Assembly (NCBI RefSeq): GCF_009914755.1
Contig: NC_060931.1
Source of the DNA: the human T2T-CHM13v2.0 reference genome, Homo sapiens
Reading direction: 5' to 3' (one strand)
Length of the DNA: 64,000 nt
Position numbers and translations under genes: made by a program
Part shown: positions 1-16,540 of the stretch, one piece after another
How positions within the stretch are numbered: the first letter of the stretch is position 1
Layout of the letters: each line of letters opens with the position of its first letter
The notes under the pieces: generated by a model
The model's input: only the letters and a program-made list of their open reading frames with translations
What the model was told of the DNA's origin: nothing
Databases searched by the model: none

Positions 1-1962
<1,962 letters not shown>

Positions 1963-2166
1963 GAGAGAATGAGGAAGACACAAAAGTGGAAATCCCTTAA
2001 AAAACCCATCGGATTTTGTGAGACTTATTCACTGCTATTAGAACGTATGGGGGAAACCACCTCCATGATTCAGATATCTCCCATCAGGTCCCTCCCACAA
2101 CACATGGGAATTATGGGAGTACAATTCAAGATGAGATTTGGGTGGGGGCACAGCCAAACCATGTCA
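1963..2166 (-). mobile_element. THE1 (MaLR) 3' LTR, portion left after interruption by the L1
   Basis: Matches the second half of the LTR at 3749-4123 (…GTGAGACTTATTCA…GGGGGAAAC…CAATTCAAGATGAGATTTGG…CCAAACCAT.TCA). A polypurine tract on the minus strand adjoins it at 2167-2182. Confidence 0.92.
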
Positions 2167-3748
2167 TTCCACCCCTGGCCCCTGCCAAATCTCATGTTTT
2201 CACATTTTACAACCAATCATGCCTTCCCAACCATTCCTCCAAAAGTCTTAACTCATTCCAACATTAACTCAAAAGTCCACAGTCCAAAGTCTCATCTAAG
2301 ACAAGGCAAGTCCCTTCTGCCTATAAGCCTGTAAAATCAAAAGCAAGCTAATTATTTCCTAGATACAATGGGGATACAGACATTGGGTAGATACAACCAT
2401 TACAAATGAGAGAAATTTGACAAAACAAAGGGGCCACAGGGCCCATGCAAGTCTGAAATCCAGTGGGGTGGTCAAATCTTAAAGCTCCAAGATGATCTCC
2501 TTTGACTCCGTGTCTCACATCCAGGTCATACTGATGCAAGAGGTAGGTTCCCACAGTCTTGGGCAGCTCTGCCCCTGTGGCTCTGCAGGGTACAGCCTCC
2601 CTCCTGGCTGCTTTCATGGCCTGGTGTTGAGTGTCTGCAGCTTTTCCAGGGGCACAATGCGAGCTGTTGGTGGATCTACCATTCCGGGGTCTGGGGGATG
2701 GTGGCCCTCTTCTCACAGCTCCACTATGTGGTGCCCCAGTAGGGACTCTGTGTAGGGGCTCTGACCTCACATTTCCCTTCTGCACTGCCCTAGCAGAGGT
2801 TCTCCATGAGATCCCTGCTGCTGCAGCAAACTTCTGCCTGGGCATCCAGGCATTTCCATACATCTTCTAAAATCTAGGTGGAGGTTCCCAAACCTCAAGT
2901 CTTGACTTTTGTGCACCCACAGGCTTAACACTATGTGGAAGCTGCCAAGGCTTGGGGCTTGCACCATCTGAAGCCACGGCCTGAGCTCTATGTTGGCTCC
3001 TTTCAGCCATGGCTAGAGCGGCTGGGACACAAAGCACCAAGTCCCTAGGCTGCACACAGCTCAGGGACCCTGGGCCCAGCCCATGAACCCACTTTTTCCT
3101 CCTAGGCCTCCAGGCCTGAGATGGGAGGGGCTGCCAAGAAGACCTCTGACATGCCCTGGAGACATTTTCCCTATTGTCTTGGGGATTAATATTCAGCTTC
3201 TCATTACTTATGCAAATTTCTGCAGCCAGCTTGAATTTCTTCTCAGAAAATGAGATTTTCTTTTCTATTGCATTGTCAGGCTGCAAATTTTCCCAACTTT
3301 TATGCACTATTTTCATTTAAAAACTGAATGCCTTTAACAGTACTTGAGTCACCTCCTGAATGTTTTGCTGCTTAGAAATTTCTTCCACCAGATACCCTAA
3401 ATCGTCTCTCTCAAGTTCGAAGTTCCACAAATCTCTAGGTTAGGGGCAAAATGCCACCAGTCTTTTTGCTAAAACATAACAAGATTCACCTTTACTCCAG
3501 TTCCCAATAAGTTCCCCATCTCCATCTGAGACCACCTCAGCCTGGATTTCATTGTCCATATCATTATCAGCATTTTGGGCAAAGCCATTCAACAAGTCTC
3601 TAGGGAGTTCCACACTTTCCCACATTTTCCTGTATTCTTCTGAGCCCTCTAAACTGTTTCAACCTCTGCCTGTTACCCAGTTCCAAAGTCGTTCCCACAT
3701 TTTCAGGTATCTTTTCAGCAACAACCCACTCTACTGTTACCAATTTAC
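2167..3748 (-). mobile_element. THE1 internal region (MaLR-int), decayed ORF
   Basis: ~1.58 kb between two THE1 LTRs. Minus-strand ORFs 2348-2863, 2867-3316 and 3440-3625 give the familiar THE1-int peptide fragments (WESxELPRDLLNGFAQNAD, ENLQPDNAIEKK). Confidence 0.93.
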
Positions 3749-4123
3749 TGTATTAGTTCATTTTCACACTGCTGATAAAGACATACCTGAGACTGGGCAA
3801 TTTACAAAAGAAGAGGTTTATAATGGACTTTACAGTTCCATATGGCTGGGGAAGCCTCACAATCATGGCGGAAAGCAAGGAGGAGAAAGTCACATCTTAC
3901 GTGGTTGGCAGCAGGCAAAAAGAATGGGGAAGATACAAAAGTGGAGACCACTGATAAAACCATCAGGTCTAGTGAGACTTATTCATTACCATGAGAAGAG
4001 TATGGGGGAAACTGCCCCCATGATTCAATTATCTCTCACTGGGTCCCTCCCACAATATGTGGGAATTATGAGAGTACAATTCAAGATGAGATTTGGATGG
4101 GAACACAGAGCCAAACCATATCA
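3749..4123 (-). mobile_element. THE1 5' LTR (complete, ~375 bp)
   Basis: On the + strand it begins TGTATTAGTTCATTTTCACACTGCTGATAAAGACATACC and ends CCAAACCATATCA, the reverse complement of the THE1 LTR. Confidence 0.93.
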
Positions 4124-4514
4124 CATGATGTCATTCATTTGTGGAATCTTAAAAAGATGATATTACAGAAGTGGAAAAGTAATTACCAGAGGCTGGGGAC
4201 TGTAGTGGGAAGGAGGATAGGGATGGATTATGCAATAGGTACAAAATTACAGTTAGATAGGAGAAATAATTTCTGCTGTTCTATAGCACAGTAGGGTTGA
4301 CAATACTGTTATAACTAGAACAAATAACTAGAAGAGAGGATTCTGAAAGTTCTTACCACAAAGAGATGATAAATGATGTGATGGATATACTAAATAACCT
4401 TATTTGGTCATTATACAATGTATACATGTATGGCAACAACACATTTTACCTCAAAAATATGTACAATAATTGTGTCAATTAAAAAGCAAATAAACTTACA
4501 AAAATAAAATAAAA
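4124..4514 (+). mobile_element. Old L1MA-type 3' end (host of the THE1 insertion)
   Basis: TTACCAGAGGCTGGG…GGTACAAAATTACAGTTAGATAGGAG…CTAGAAGAGAGGATT…, ending in an A-rich tail. Confidence 0.8.
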
Positions 4515-5979
4515 AGGGACGTGCAATCTCAAAACTTACAAAGATAAGTATATAAACTCAAATTAAGTTTTAGTGAATCCTAAATATTTACAAAGTTTTC
4601 AAATGATTCAGCCTTTTAAAAATCTGGAAGAGTTTTTCTTCTTTCCTAGTAAGAATCTAAAAGAAGGAAAGTCACATTTATATTTTATCTTATTCTTTGA
4701 ATCACTATTTACCACCTACAAGAGAAAAAAGCAACATAATAAACTAGGACTATGAACCATGAAAAAAGAATTCAGATGTTTGAAAATTGTTCTTCCAGAA
4801 CAATGGTAAAACTAAAAGCAATTTTTGATTTCACGAACATTTGCAACTTTAGTTACACTAATTACTAGTTGACAGGATTTTAAGGAATGCATTTAACTTA
4901 ATAATACCCTCAAACAGAAAAACATTTTGCAAACGGTAATTTCAGTCTATTAGCTATTTACGGCAAGTCTTATCCAGCTTGGCAAATATTTGAGTGCCTA
5001 CTAATGGTTCAAAAGTGGTACTGCACCATAAAGCCTCATCTGGTCTAAAGCTGGGGAAATTGAAGGGTCCTGTGTACTTGATTTAGAGTCTACAATAACC
5101 AACCAACTCTCTGTTTTCTGTCTTTAAAAAACTGAATCACTTGGGGAAAATAGGAAAATAAAATTTAGTAGGTATTATTTTAAAAAATACAACTTACAAA
5201 TACCATTTCCGTTTTCTTGAAAACAAAGCTTCCTTTCTGCAAGAAACAATGACAGGTAAATGTGAAGTGAGCTGAAGTATGCTGTAAGGACCGTGGATAT
5301 GGAGACAAAACACCAGTGTTCTCATCCTAATACTGTCACATTCTATGTGTTGGTTTCCACATCTAAAATGAGGGTTTTTCTGGCTTTAAAATTATGACCA
5401 TAGAAAAATTTCCTCAGTCAGTAATGATTAAACTTCCAAAAATATAAATAAAGTGATTGTTTTCATTTTGCAGCATTTTATAACAGAAATTATAGCTAAC
5501 AAAAGTTAACAGAGGACTTGACTATTTGTGGATTTTTATTTTCTTCTTTAAATTCTTGGTTTTGTTCTGAACTTTCATAGTAGGCATAGATTACTCTTAC
5601 ATTCATAAAATGGGTTTCTTTTTCAAGTTTGAAAAAGAAATAAGTGAACCATAGTTCTTTCAGTAGTATAGGTTACATGGTATATGTTAAAATTTTCCTC
5701 CCCATTCAATCCCAGCAATAAAGTACATATACTAGTAATAGTCATTTAGGCCATCACAGAGATATGTTGCATTTTTAATGTGGTTGATTGGTGTTTCTTT
5801 TAATAAGAATAAATTTAAAATGGAACTTTTTTTTTTTTTTCATTTCAAAGCATCTTGATATAACAGGAAGAGAATGGGTTTTTCCATCCCTGTATATCTA
5901 GTCAAGAATCCCATCCCTTCTGCTTCCCAACTGTGACTTTGGGCAAGTTGGCCAACATTTCTGAAGATGAGTAGGGCTA

Positions 5980-6490
5980 CTGTATGGGATTACTGGCAAA
6001 TGGTCTCTCTTCTGTATTCCATTCTGGGGTGGTGAGTCTGAGGCTCTGGAAACTTCATGTCCTAGGTTTCCTTGCCAGCTGGATTCCAGTATGGTTTCAT
6101 CAATGGGAGCCATTGGCTGGTGATTGGCAGGTTTCTAGATTCTTTCAGCATCTGCCTAGTTGCAAATGACAACTCCAGCTCCAGCTCCAGTTTCCAGTTT
6201 CTCTAAGTACTCTCAGTCCCAGCTGCACTAAGTTCAGAATAGCAGCTAGCTGTTCTGCATCAATTGGTCCAAGCACTCCACAGTGTGGGCCCCAGAGGTA
6301 TCAGCATCAGCCACACTGCACATCTCCTGCTCTATGTTCTCCCTCAAAAAGCCAAGCACTATAGGGCTGGGCCTTCACCTGAGGGGTTCAAGCATCAGTT
6401 CTGGAAATGGAGGAGGGGGTCTCTCCTTTGATCCCCTGGGTTCTAACAATTTAATTGTGCCCTTCTTTTACCCAGTGTGAATGCCTACTA
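5980..6490 (+). mobile_element. Ancient ERVL-class LTR (LTR33/LTR16-like)
   Basis: Degenerate motif CTTGCCAGCTGGATTCC…CAATGGGAGCCATTGGCTGGTGATTGG. Boundaries approximate. Confidence 0.45.
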
Positions 6491-9400
6491 GTCTAACCAT
6501 ATAGCTAAGAAACCCCTTTCTTCATTTATCCTTGCAGTGGTTTTGTATCAAATTTGTGCCTTAGCAAACCACCTATTTTAACCCTTTGGGTTGCTTAGGA
6601 GTTGTCCAAATGGTGCATTTTAAAGTCGACCATGTCATGGATCTATTGTATTTCTTAAAACTGTTAATAAAAGATCAGTCAATAAACCTGATTACATCTG
6701 CACATCTGCAAAGAGTGTTTCAAAGTCTGAAAATTCCTTTATCCTCTGTAAAGGCAATTTAACCCCAGGAAGTTCCACGTCCTAAGCAGGTAAGTTTCCA
6801 GTTGATCAAAGAACTGATTTCTCCCAAATAAAATTTTAGTCTTTCCTCCAAACCACTCACTTTTGACTCCTTACACCTTCATTCCATTTTTTTCTTTTGG
6901 GTGGAGGTGGGGAAGCAAATAAACTGTAGTAATACAAATTGTTACTTTAAAAAAGACCTCTACTTTAAAGTTCCCTACAGTCCCTTAAAATTTTTTCAGT
7001 CAGTAGGTACTCTCTCCAAGATAATGCTCAAAGTACTAAGTCTTTTTATTCATACATTCAACTTTTAGTTGTGACATGGCATTATCACTGATGTGATATA
7101 TACATGACATATACAACTTCTCTCTCTAGGTAAGAAAAAGAATACAACATATTTCTAGCATTTCCTGACAGATTCAATAATCAGCAAGTAAAAGAAATCC
7201 CATCAACCCATAAGTTTGTTATTAGTCAATATAGGCTTTTGATGGATGAAGTCATTTTGGGAAATTTCCTAAATTCTAAGGTGTACAGAAGGAGGATAAC
7301 TGGATCTCAATTGTCCTCTGAGTCCTATGCTTCTCTGGATCAATTTTAGAGAACACAAAGTTTTAGTGTCTTTTTCCACTTCGATCACTTTAAATCAGAA
7401 GGAGTACCTGGATGAAACAAAAATGAGTTTTCCCAACTTCCATATTGACTACATGTGCTCCGGCAGTATCACAAGTGTTGAGCTTCTTTGTCACACAAAA
7501 GTTTCAGGATTACCTTGTCATGCTCATTTAAATGTATGATGGATTGATTTGTCTCGCTTCACTTTTCTCTCCTACTGTTTGAGGTTCCTGGGAGGAGTTG
7601 TTTGGAGTGAAGGGAGAAGGGGATGGTCTGAAAAGCTTTGAGGTCTATCTGGAAACAACTTTAGATGTGTAAATTCTGCAGAGCTTAAGGCTTCTCATGC
7701 CTTATGATAGAGACAGTTCTCTCAACACATCATGATTGGTCCTGGCTGGCCCTAGAGGAAATGCAGTCCTTTCAGGGTGTGTAGGATGAGGTGCTATTGC
7801 TGGGGCAACGCATTGGAGTCTAATTGCAGGAGTTAAATTACTACCTGGAAACCGGAGGAGAGCTGTGAAAGGAAATTGTGGTGGCATCTGATCCTGAACC
7901 AGCTAAGTTTTGAGGCTTTAAGAGGAGGTAGTTTTCAAGCAGAAAGTGAAAAAACCATTTTCAAAAGAGACTTGGTGAGACTCAGAGCACAAGAGGTAAT
8001 GCTCATGTCCAGGTACAAAGTTATGCTGAGAGTGGGAAGACAATCACCTTGACACAAACCACAGAGTAGCTCAGGTACAGTGAGGATTGAAGGGATAAAG
8101 CACTGTTTTGTGCTTAACCTTAAGGTTTTGCCATTTTAGCAATTGAAGGTGATTATACTTTGGGCTGTTTCTGAAGACAATATCCAGGAGGATCCACCAT
8201 GGGGATGTGACCAAACACAGGGGATGACTACATAGCTGGGCGAATGACCAGAGGACAAGGCAGCATGGCCCATGCTGAGAGAGAAGCAGCACCCTGTTTA
8301 GGGTGTAAGTCATTCCTGGGGGACAAGTGTGCTGGGAGCTAGTGCTTTCCAATTAGACACATGAAGGCTACCAAATATATACCCACAGACTGATTGAAAG
8401 TGGACATTTTCAGATTACACCTTACTTATATATTTAACTTTATATTACTATTATATGTTAAACCTCACATGTATCCCTAAAATGAAGTTACCAAATGTTT
8501 GACTTGCAAAATATTTTCCAATCTAAAAGCCATAGTTTTCATTGTTTCATCAAGACCATTGTTCTTGGGATACCTAGTTAAAATGTCTTAATTCAGTCTT
8601 CTTATCTTTGTGGTTTTCCAATGCTACCAAACTAAGACTCCAGATAAAAACCATTTTCCTTTGCAATGACTAAAGTCAAACATCTTAGATTTTTCTATCC
8701 AAATCATTACCCTATTTACCATCACATTTCAGTTCTGGATATGTCTGAAAGTAAAAATAAAAATGTTTTCTATATCACAAGAAAGCATATTTGAATAGGA
8801 ACTTCCGGTTAACCACAGTTTCTATTCTACTTCTATTAAAAGAAATAAGCAAATGCAGGAAGAAAGACTTCTAAAGAAATATTTTAGATCTCCTCTGGCA
8901 CTTTGTATCTTGATGAATTGCGCATTTACTCCAATTGGGCTTTTCTGCTTGGTTTTGCTGTGTGCATTTTGATGGCGAAATCTAAAACCGTGTGGCTGCT
9001 GCACTAACGTGGTTTACTGCCAAGCAGCTGGACCATTATAACGGAAACTCTGAGCTTGTGAGACACAACCACTTTTTAAAAAAAATTTAATTTACCTTTA
9101 GAATCATGTCTTATTTTTCAGCAAGAAGTTGTCTTTATATTTCCCACTAATTTCAGAGGAAACACTGACAAGTTAAATTTTAGCAATTTTAATTAATTAA
9201 TCAAAACAAATAAGGTGATTGTATAGTTGGTTCTATTTGGCTTTCAGCTGTCCATAGAGATGATTAAACGTTTTGGCAAAAGTACAAAAGCTCAGCAGAA
9301 TTTGATAGACCAACTCTTTTCTCCACTAATGGACATGGATGATACATAGTCTGGGAAAGGAGAAAGATAAACTGTTTTTGACAGTGGATTAAGGGCAGAC

Positions 9401-11049
9401 CTCTGCCATGACCTAGAAAAGACAGTGCTAAGATGAACTCTCCCTTAAGTTTTTGAAGGGAACTTAATCCTACCTCTTTCCAGAATGACTATTTTATCTT
9501 CTTTATTTCTGCCTGGCTGGGCTTAGTGTTCCATTGACCTTACTCTTCCTGTTGGATGTGCAGAACTTCCTCCAGCATTCAGAAAAGTGGGGATGTGGCT
9601 CTGGAAGAATGTGAGGGTAACACTATGGTATAGTAAGTAATGCAGGCCCAAGAACAGGTAATTTAAAGGCAATCCTGTTTTAAAATTACTCCAGATGACA
9701 GAATGTGTACCTAGGGTCTGCAAGGAAATTCATCAAACCTCAGGGACAGAAGGACTATATCTTTAACCCAAAGAGGATGTTATCTGAGCCATCTCAGTAA
9801 GAAAAAAACCCAAATCTTTCATTAGAAGACTGCCAGAGAAGGCAAGCCATGTCTACCTCATTCTAGTACCCTGGAAATACACCACTCTGTCAGCTATGAT
9901 GGTGTCCCTGAGTACTTTCTCCAGTTTTCTAGCCAAACCACTCTTAAGCTCACCAAATCTCATCCTCACTTTACTACTGTTGACATTTCTAGGGCCTAGC
10001 AAACAGTAGAATATTTCAAGTTACAGAATGTTCTTTGCCAAGAGCAAGCAAGAATTCTGAACTGCTCATATATCAGCAGTCAGCACTTTCCAAAATTGAA
10101 ACAACTGTTTTTTTTGATTGATAATGGGCTACACTTTTCCCTCAAAAAATAGAAAATAAAATACGTATCATAAAATGACTGTAATTGCTTGTAACTACTC
10201 ATTTTTAATTCAAATACTATCTCAACTTGAAGATCCTCCCTCTTACCTACCATCATTTGGATTGGTAACTTCAATTTATAGTTACACTCTTACTTTATAG
10301 AACATCACAGTTAGAGATGTTATTCTTTTAGGAAATAATTTCACAGCACTGTTTCTCACATTCTACAAGTTTTTAGTCAACAGTGGCATTATACTCTCTA
10401 TAGCTACAGAGAAAAAAATTAATCCTTAAAGAGCTAACAAATTTTCATTCCAAGCTAATTGAGTCCCTCTTTTCAGGCACCTAAAAGTCCCTCACAGACT
10501 AGAACAACTCTAGCTCCCCATAAAGGGAATCTTATGCTCTATGCTCTACTTGCTCTTGACTACAACATTTTAATGACAATCTTCTATGAAAGTGAAAACA
10601 CTTTTCTGAATGTATGCATGTCCCAGGGTTCAGATGACCCATTCTAAAATCCCACCTTCCTATTTTTGGAGAAACTGAAAAAGTACAAAATAACTGAAGA
10701 TGAAGAAAATAACTCAATTCAGAACATGTTGCTAAATCCCTTGTCATTGATGGTGTAGACAAGGACAATGGCTTGAGATTATCTCCTTCCAACATCCTAT
10801 TCAGATGTACACATTTACACTCTAGCAAGCACCTGGAGTAATTTCTAAATAATTTTATCATATCTTAAATAAACTTTCTATTTAATCTAAATATGGTTAT
10901 TATTTTGAAGGTTTGCCAGTGATAAACACTGTAGAAATAAACACATAGAGACTAAAGTTAAACAGAGTTATTTTACCAGAGCTGAAGAGGAATGCTTAGG
11001 TAGACTAACATTATCCTTCCAAAGATGTTCGTATGTAAAGAATGAATAC

Positions 11050-12502
<1,453 letters not shown>

Positions 12503-13049
12503 TATAGAAGTGAAACATATAGTCAGTAGGAGGCTTCTATGGGCTTCTCCCTTGCTGGAGGAAGCCAAAATAATAAACAGTTTTACATTCCTAGTGCCAG
12601 GACCTGTGTCGGGTCAACAAAATCTGAGACAAGTCAAGGTAACAGAGGCAGCTGTTTGAATAGATTCACTGGAGAGTCTAAGGCAGCTCTCCAGACCAAG
12701 CTGTATAGGAGATAAGATAGAAATAATCACTCCGGTACCACTGTAGGCAGGACTTGAATGTACTGGGGCCCTTTTAATCAGACTTAGCAAGCATTTTTTG
12801 CCTCTGATCTTCTAGTTGGAACAAAATTAGTTACCAATAGACTTAGGCAAATGCTATGCTGTAGGCACATAGCCCCAATCTATATAAGGACTAAGAAAAT
12901 TTTAACACTTTGAGTTGGTCTGGTGGAATTACTTCTGGCCTCCTCACTGTATCCAGTTACAGTAATAAATTCCCCTCTTCCTAGTTTGTCTGCTTCTCAT
13001 TATTGGGACTTGAGAAAACGCAGCCAGACCCGGCTTCGTTCCAGGAACA
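12503..13049 (+). mobile_element. ERV LTR, probably 5'-incomplete (ERV1 class, LTR26-like 3' end); part of the putative transduction
   Basis: TATATAA at 12881-12887, AATAAA at 12964-12969 and terminal …GGAACA at 13049. Family assignment tentative. Confidence 0.7.
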
Positions 13050-13315
13050 CTAGTAGGAATGTAAAATGGTATAACCACTCTGAAAAACAATTTGACAGGT
13101 TCTTAAACAGTTACACAAACACTACCATATGATCCAGCCATTCTATTCTTAGGTATTTTACCAAGGGAAAAGAAAGCATATGTCTACACAAACACTGTAC
13201 ATTGATGTTCATAACAAATTAATTTATGATAATCAAAAGCTGCAAACAACCCAGCTGTCCATCAACAGGTGAATGAATAAACAAACTAGTATATCTGCAC
13301 AATGGAATTCTCCTC
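13050..13315 (+). mobile_element. Old L1M fragment; part of the putative transduction
   Basis: GGAATGTAAAATGGTATAACCACTCTGAAAAAC…ACCATATGATCCAGCCATT…AACAACCC…TCCATCAACAGGTGAATG. It ends abruptly in an A-run at 13316-13335. Confidence 0.85.
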
Positions 13316-14959
13316 AAAAAGAAAAAAAACAAAAAGAATGAATACACTCCTGAGCTATCTGTCTTTGCATTATTGCTAATTTATGAAAAGAAAAAATAAA
13401 TTGTCATAATTTATAGCCCCATTTCCATTCTCACAAGGTTCTAGCTTCCACCACATGATTTACAGCCCTTTATCCATAGTGTGATCAATCAAGTACTACC
13501 AAGACCAAATTTCCTTTCCCAGGTATCTATTTAGTCACTTCTCTGGCTCTTACTCTAATTAACATGTTTCTAGATTGACTTTTCAATGGTTCACAACTTG
13601 CCACTTAATATTTATGGGCTATGGCTTCTCATTTTAGAAAAATATATTCCCTCTTTAACAATTCCCTCTTAAACAAGTAACAAGCTTACTGGTGTGAGCA
13701 ATCACCTGCCCTTGTAGGGTGGGGCCTCTCCATAGGCTTTACCATTGCCAGTTGGCTTTTTTTCTGGGTTCTGCATATGTTTTACAGAGTAAGACTCTGG
13801 TGCTAATTCTGAATAACTGAGAACCTTATTCACCTCTCCAATTCTATGATCCAAATGCTTCCATTTCCGTCTACAGTCTAGTCCACAACCTCTTCTCAAT
13901 GAGGACTGTGTCTGTCTCCTGTCTCGCAGCAGGGCTCCAGTATGAACCATGCTGTATAGAATGCATGAAACAGCAGCCTGTGGAGCAACTGAGAGCTGTC
14001 TCTCTCCTCCTTACATTTGCCGTTAAAGAGCACATGAGTAGTAGCTGCATTAAAGCAGTGGGAAAATCCCTGACCCACTTTCCCACCTTTCCCTTACTTC
14101 TACATCACACAGCCGGAAACAAAGTTCGGGGAGAAGAGAGCATGAGGAATGTACTTCAAAAGCATGTCCACATCACACTTGCACAGCTTCTCTCCACATC
14201 TGTGCTTCTTCTGCTCTATTTTTTGATACGATAAGGAATGTACCATCAGCAGAAAATGGTGGGTGGTTTTAAATCTATCATCACCTTTTCACATAGGAGA
14301 GAACCAAGGTGCAAATGGCATTATACACATTGTCCCTAAGTTTGGGAAACTGGTGAGCAATAAAGTTGGATTAAGTAAATGAATGATTGGGTTGTGTCAA
14401 CACCAAGCCCATGATTCTACTGTTCCTCAAGGAATGCTTCAGACCCTATGTTCACTCAAAAGTGGCATGTGTATTGAAGTTTAGCTTTTCTCCTTTTCTT
14501 CAGCAACCAACTAGACCCTCCCAATCAGCCCTGCCCCAGGTCAGGACATAGGACATGCAGGGGCATTTAGAGGGTATTAGAAAAAAGAATAATGATATTG
14601 GAAGTATGGGGAGGCTGATGAAGGGAAAATGAGTATAACATGTTTCTAGTACATTCTTCTTTCTCTTTTACCATATGCTCTTTCCTGCCACATAGTTCAG
14701 AAGGGTAGGATTTGCACGGAAACTGTCAAAAGTTGCTTCTGATTTGAGCCTAAGTGTTAAGGTCTATTTTGCCATTTCTAGCATAAACCAAACAGAGGTT
14801 TTAAAATGGCATGCTTGGGAAACCGTGGGCTTCTATGGTTGTATTGAAGGATCAATACAAGAGACTCAAATGCAATGCAAATAATTTCACAGCATTAAAG
14901 AAGGACAATGGCACAATGGATGAAAATTGGTAAATATCAGAAACCTGTACTCAAGTTAG

Positions 14960-15260
14960 AGAATATTTTATTAATTCAAGCAAGAGATACTAAGAACTTG
15001 GAATCAGCCAACGGTAATGTCAATGAAAAGGAAATAGCAAGTATGACAGGAACTTTGTGGGCAGAACCAACTAGAATTAGTATTTCATAAGTTGTGGAAG
15101 ATTAAGGAAAATGAGGAGTTGGAAATGGCTTCAAGATTTCCAGCCAGGAGACTAGAAGGATGTTTATGGCATTAACTAAGAGAGGAGCTTGGTGAAAAGG
15201 AAAAGATGTGAAGAAATAATATTGTAGGTGGAGAAAATGTTGGGTTGGATTTATAATATG
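14960..15260 (-). mobile_element. L2 fragment
   Basis: Purine-rich degenerate L2 pattern (GAGGAGTTGGAAATGGCTTCAAGATTTCCAGCC…GGCATTAACTAAG). Confidence 0.55.
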
Positions 15261-16234
15261 TTTCAAATATAAATAAAAGCATGAACAAACGAACAATATG
15301 CTCCAAGTTTGTCAAGAAACTTAAAGATTGTCATTTTAATCTTTTTCTTGCTGAAATTTATAGTCTTACCAAAACCCAGTTCTTATTGGGAGATTAATGA
15401 CTAAATATATATTAAACTTTCTTTCTCTAAAACTCTGTTCCTCTCTGTGGGAGATAACAACCAGCAAATTATGACCATGAATCAAGAAACCTGTAATCAA
15501 ATAGTTCATAACTATGAACAGTTCATAAACAAATCACGGCTTCTTTGAAGCAGACTGTAGATTCACACTTCTCTAATAGCCTCTAATTTTGAGCAAATAA
15601 GTTAGTATGTATAATTTTCCACATTATTCAATAAACTTGTAATGATAAACCATTAGAATAATTATGTTCACCATTTTCATACCAACAAAATGTCCAAAAG
15701 ATTAGGGCAGACACACTTGGAGAAGGAAGAATATTCCTTATATCATGTTCATATTTAAATTTCCTTTAAAAACTTACTTGTTGTACTCAAAATATATAAC
15801 TTTACAAGATTGTATAATCTTTAAAAGTAAAATCCAGCATATTTTAGTGATCTGAAGCCATAGTCAATTTCAGACTTTCGCAACAATGATTATTCTGCTT
15901 TTGGATAAAGTGAGCAAGTATTTTCCTAATAAGCTAAAGTGACAGTTTAAGTGCTCCTCTTAGTAAGCTTCATGTTTAATTCCCATGAAAGGTTTATGGA
16001 AGGTTCTCCCCTATAAAACTAGTATATTATATTTAAATTTCAATTATATGACAAGTTACACTCATTTAACCTTTCATGCAAGATTTCTGCTCTCTGAGTT
16101 ATAGTTTTTCTGCTTCTTCCAAGTGATAATAATTTCTTGTAAGCTTAAAGGCAAAAATCACTATTCACCCAAAGCCAAAAGAAAGAAAGGTAAAAGACCT
16201 GTAAAAGGCCTTTTTATTTCATAACCTAGATCAA

Positions 16235-16540
16235 TCCATCATTCATGTATTCATTTATGTATTTGTGTACCAAGTATCTATTGAGTATCTCCATGTACAA
16301 TTACTGTGACAGATAATTGCATTTACAAAGTTGACCAACATAGGCCCTCTCTTAAAGTTTAGTAAGGGATGTAGACATGTAAACTAACAAATATTGAATG
16401 ATCACAGCAATGATGGAATGACTTACCAGGTGATGTGGAAACACAGAGGATGGAGGGCGATCTATACCAGAATGGAGGAAGTCAGAGAAAACTTTCAAAA
16501 AGGCTAAGCCTCAGGTGAGTCTTGAAGGATGAATGAAGCC
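16235..16540 (-). mobile_element. L2 3' end
   Basis: CATTCAT-like tail, then TATTGAGTATCTCCATGT…GTCAGAGAAAACTTTC…TGAGTCTTGAAGGATGA. Confidence 0.7.
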
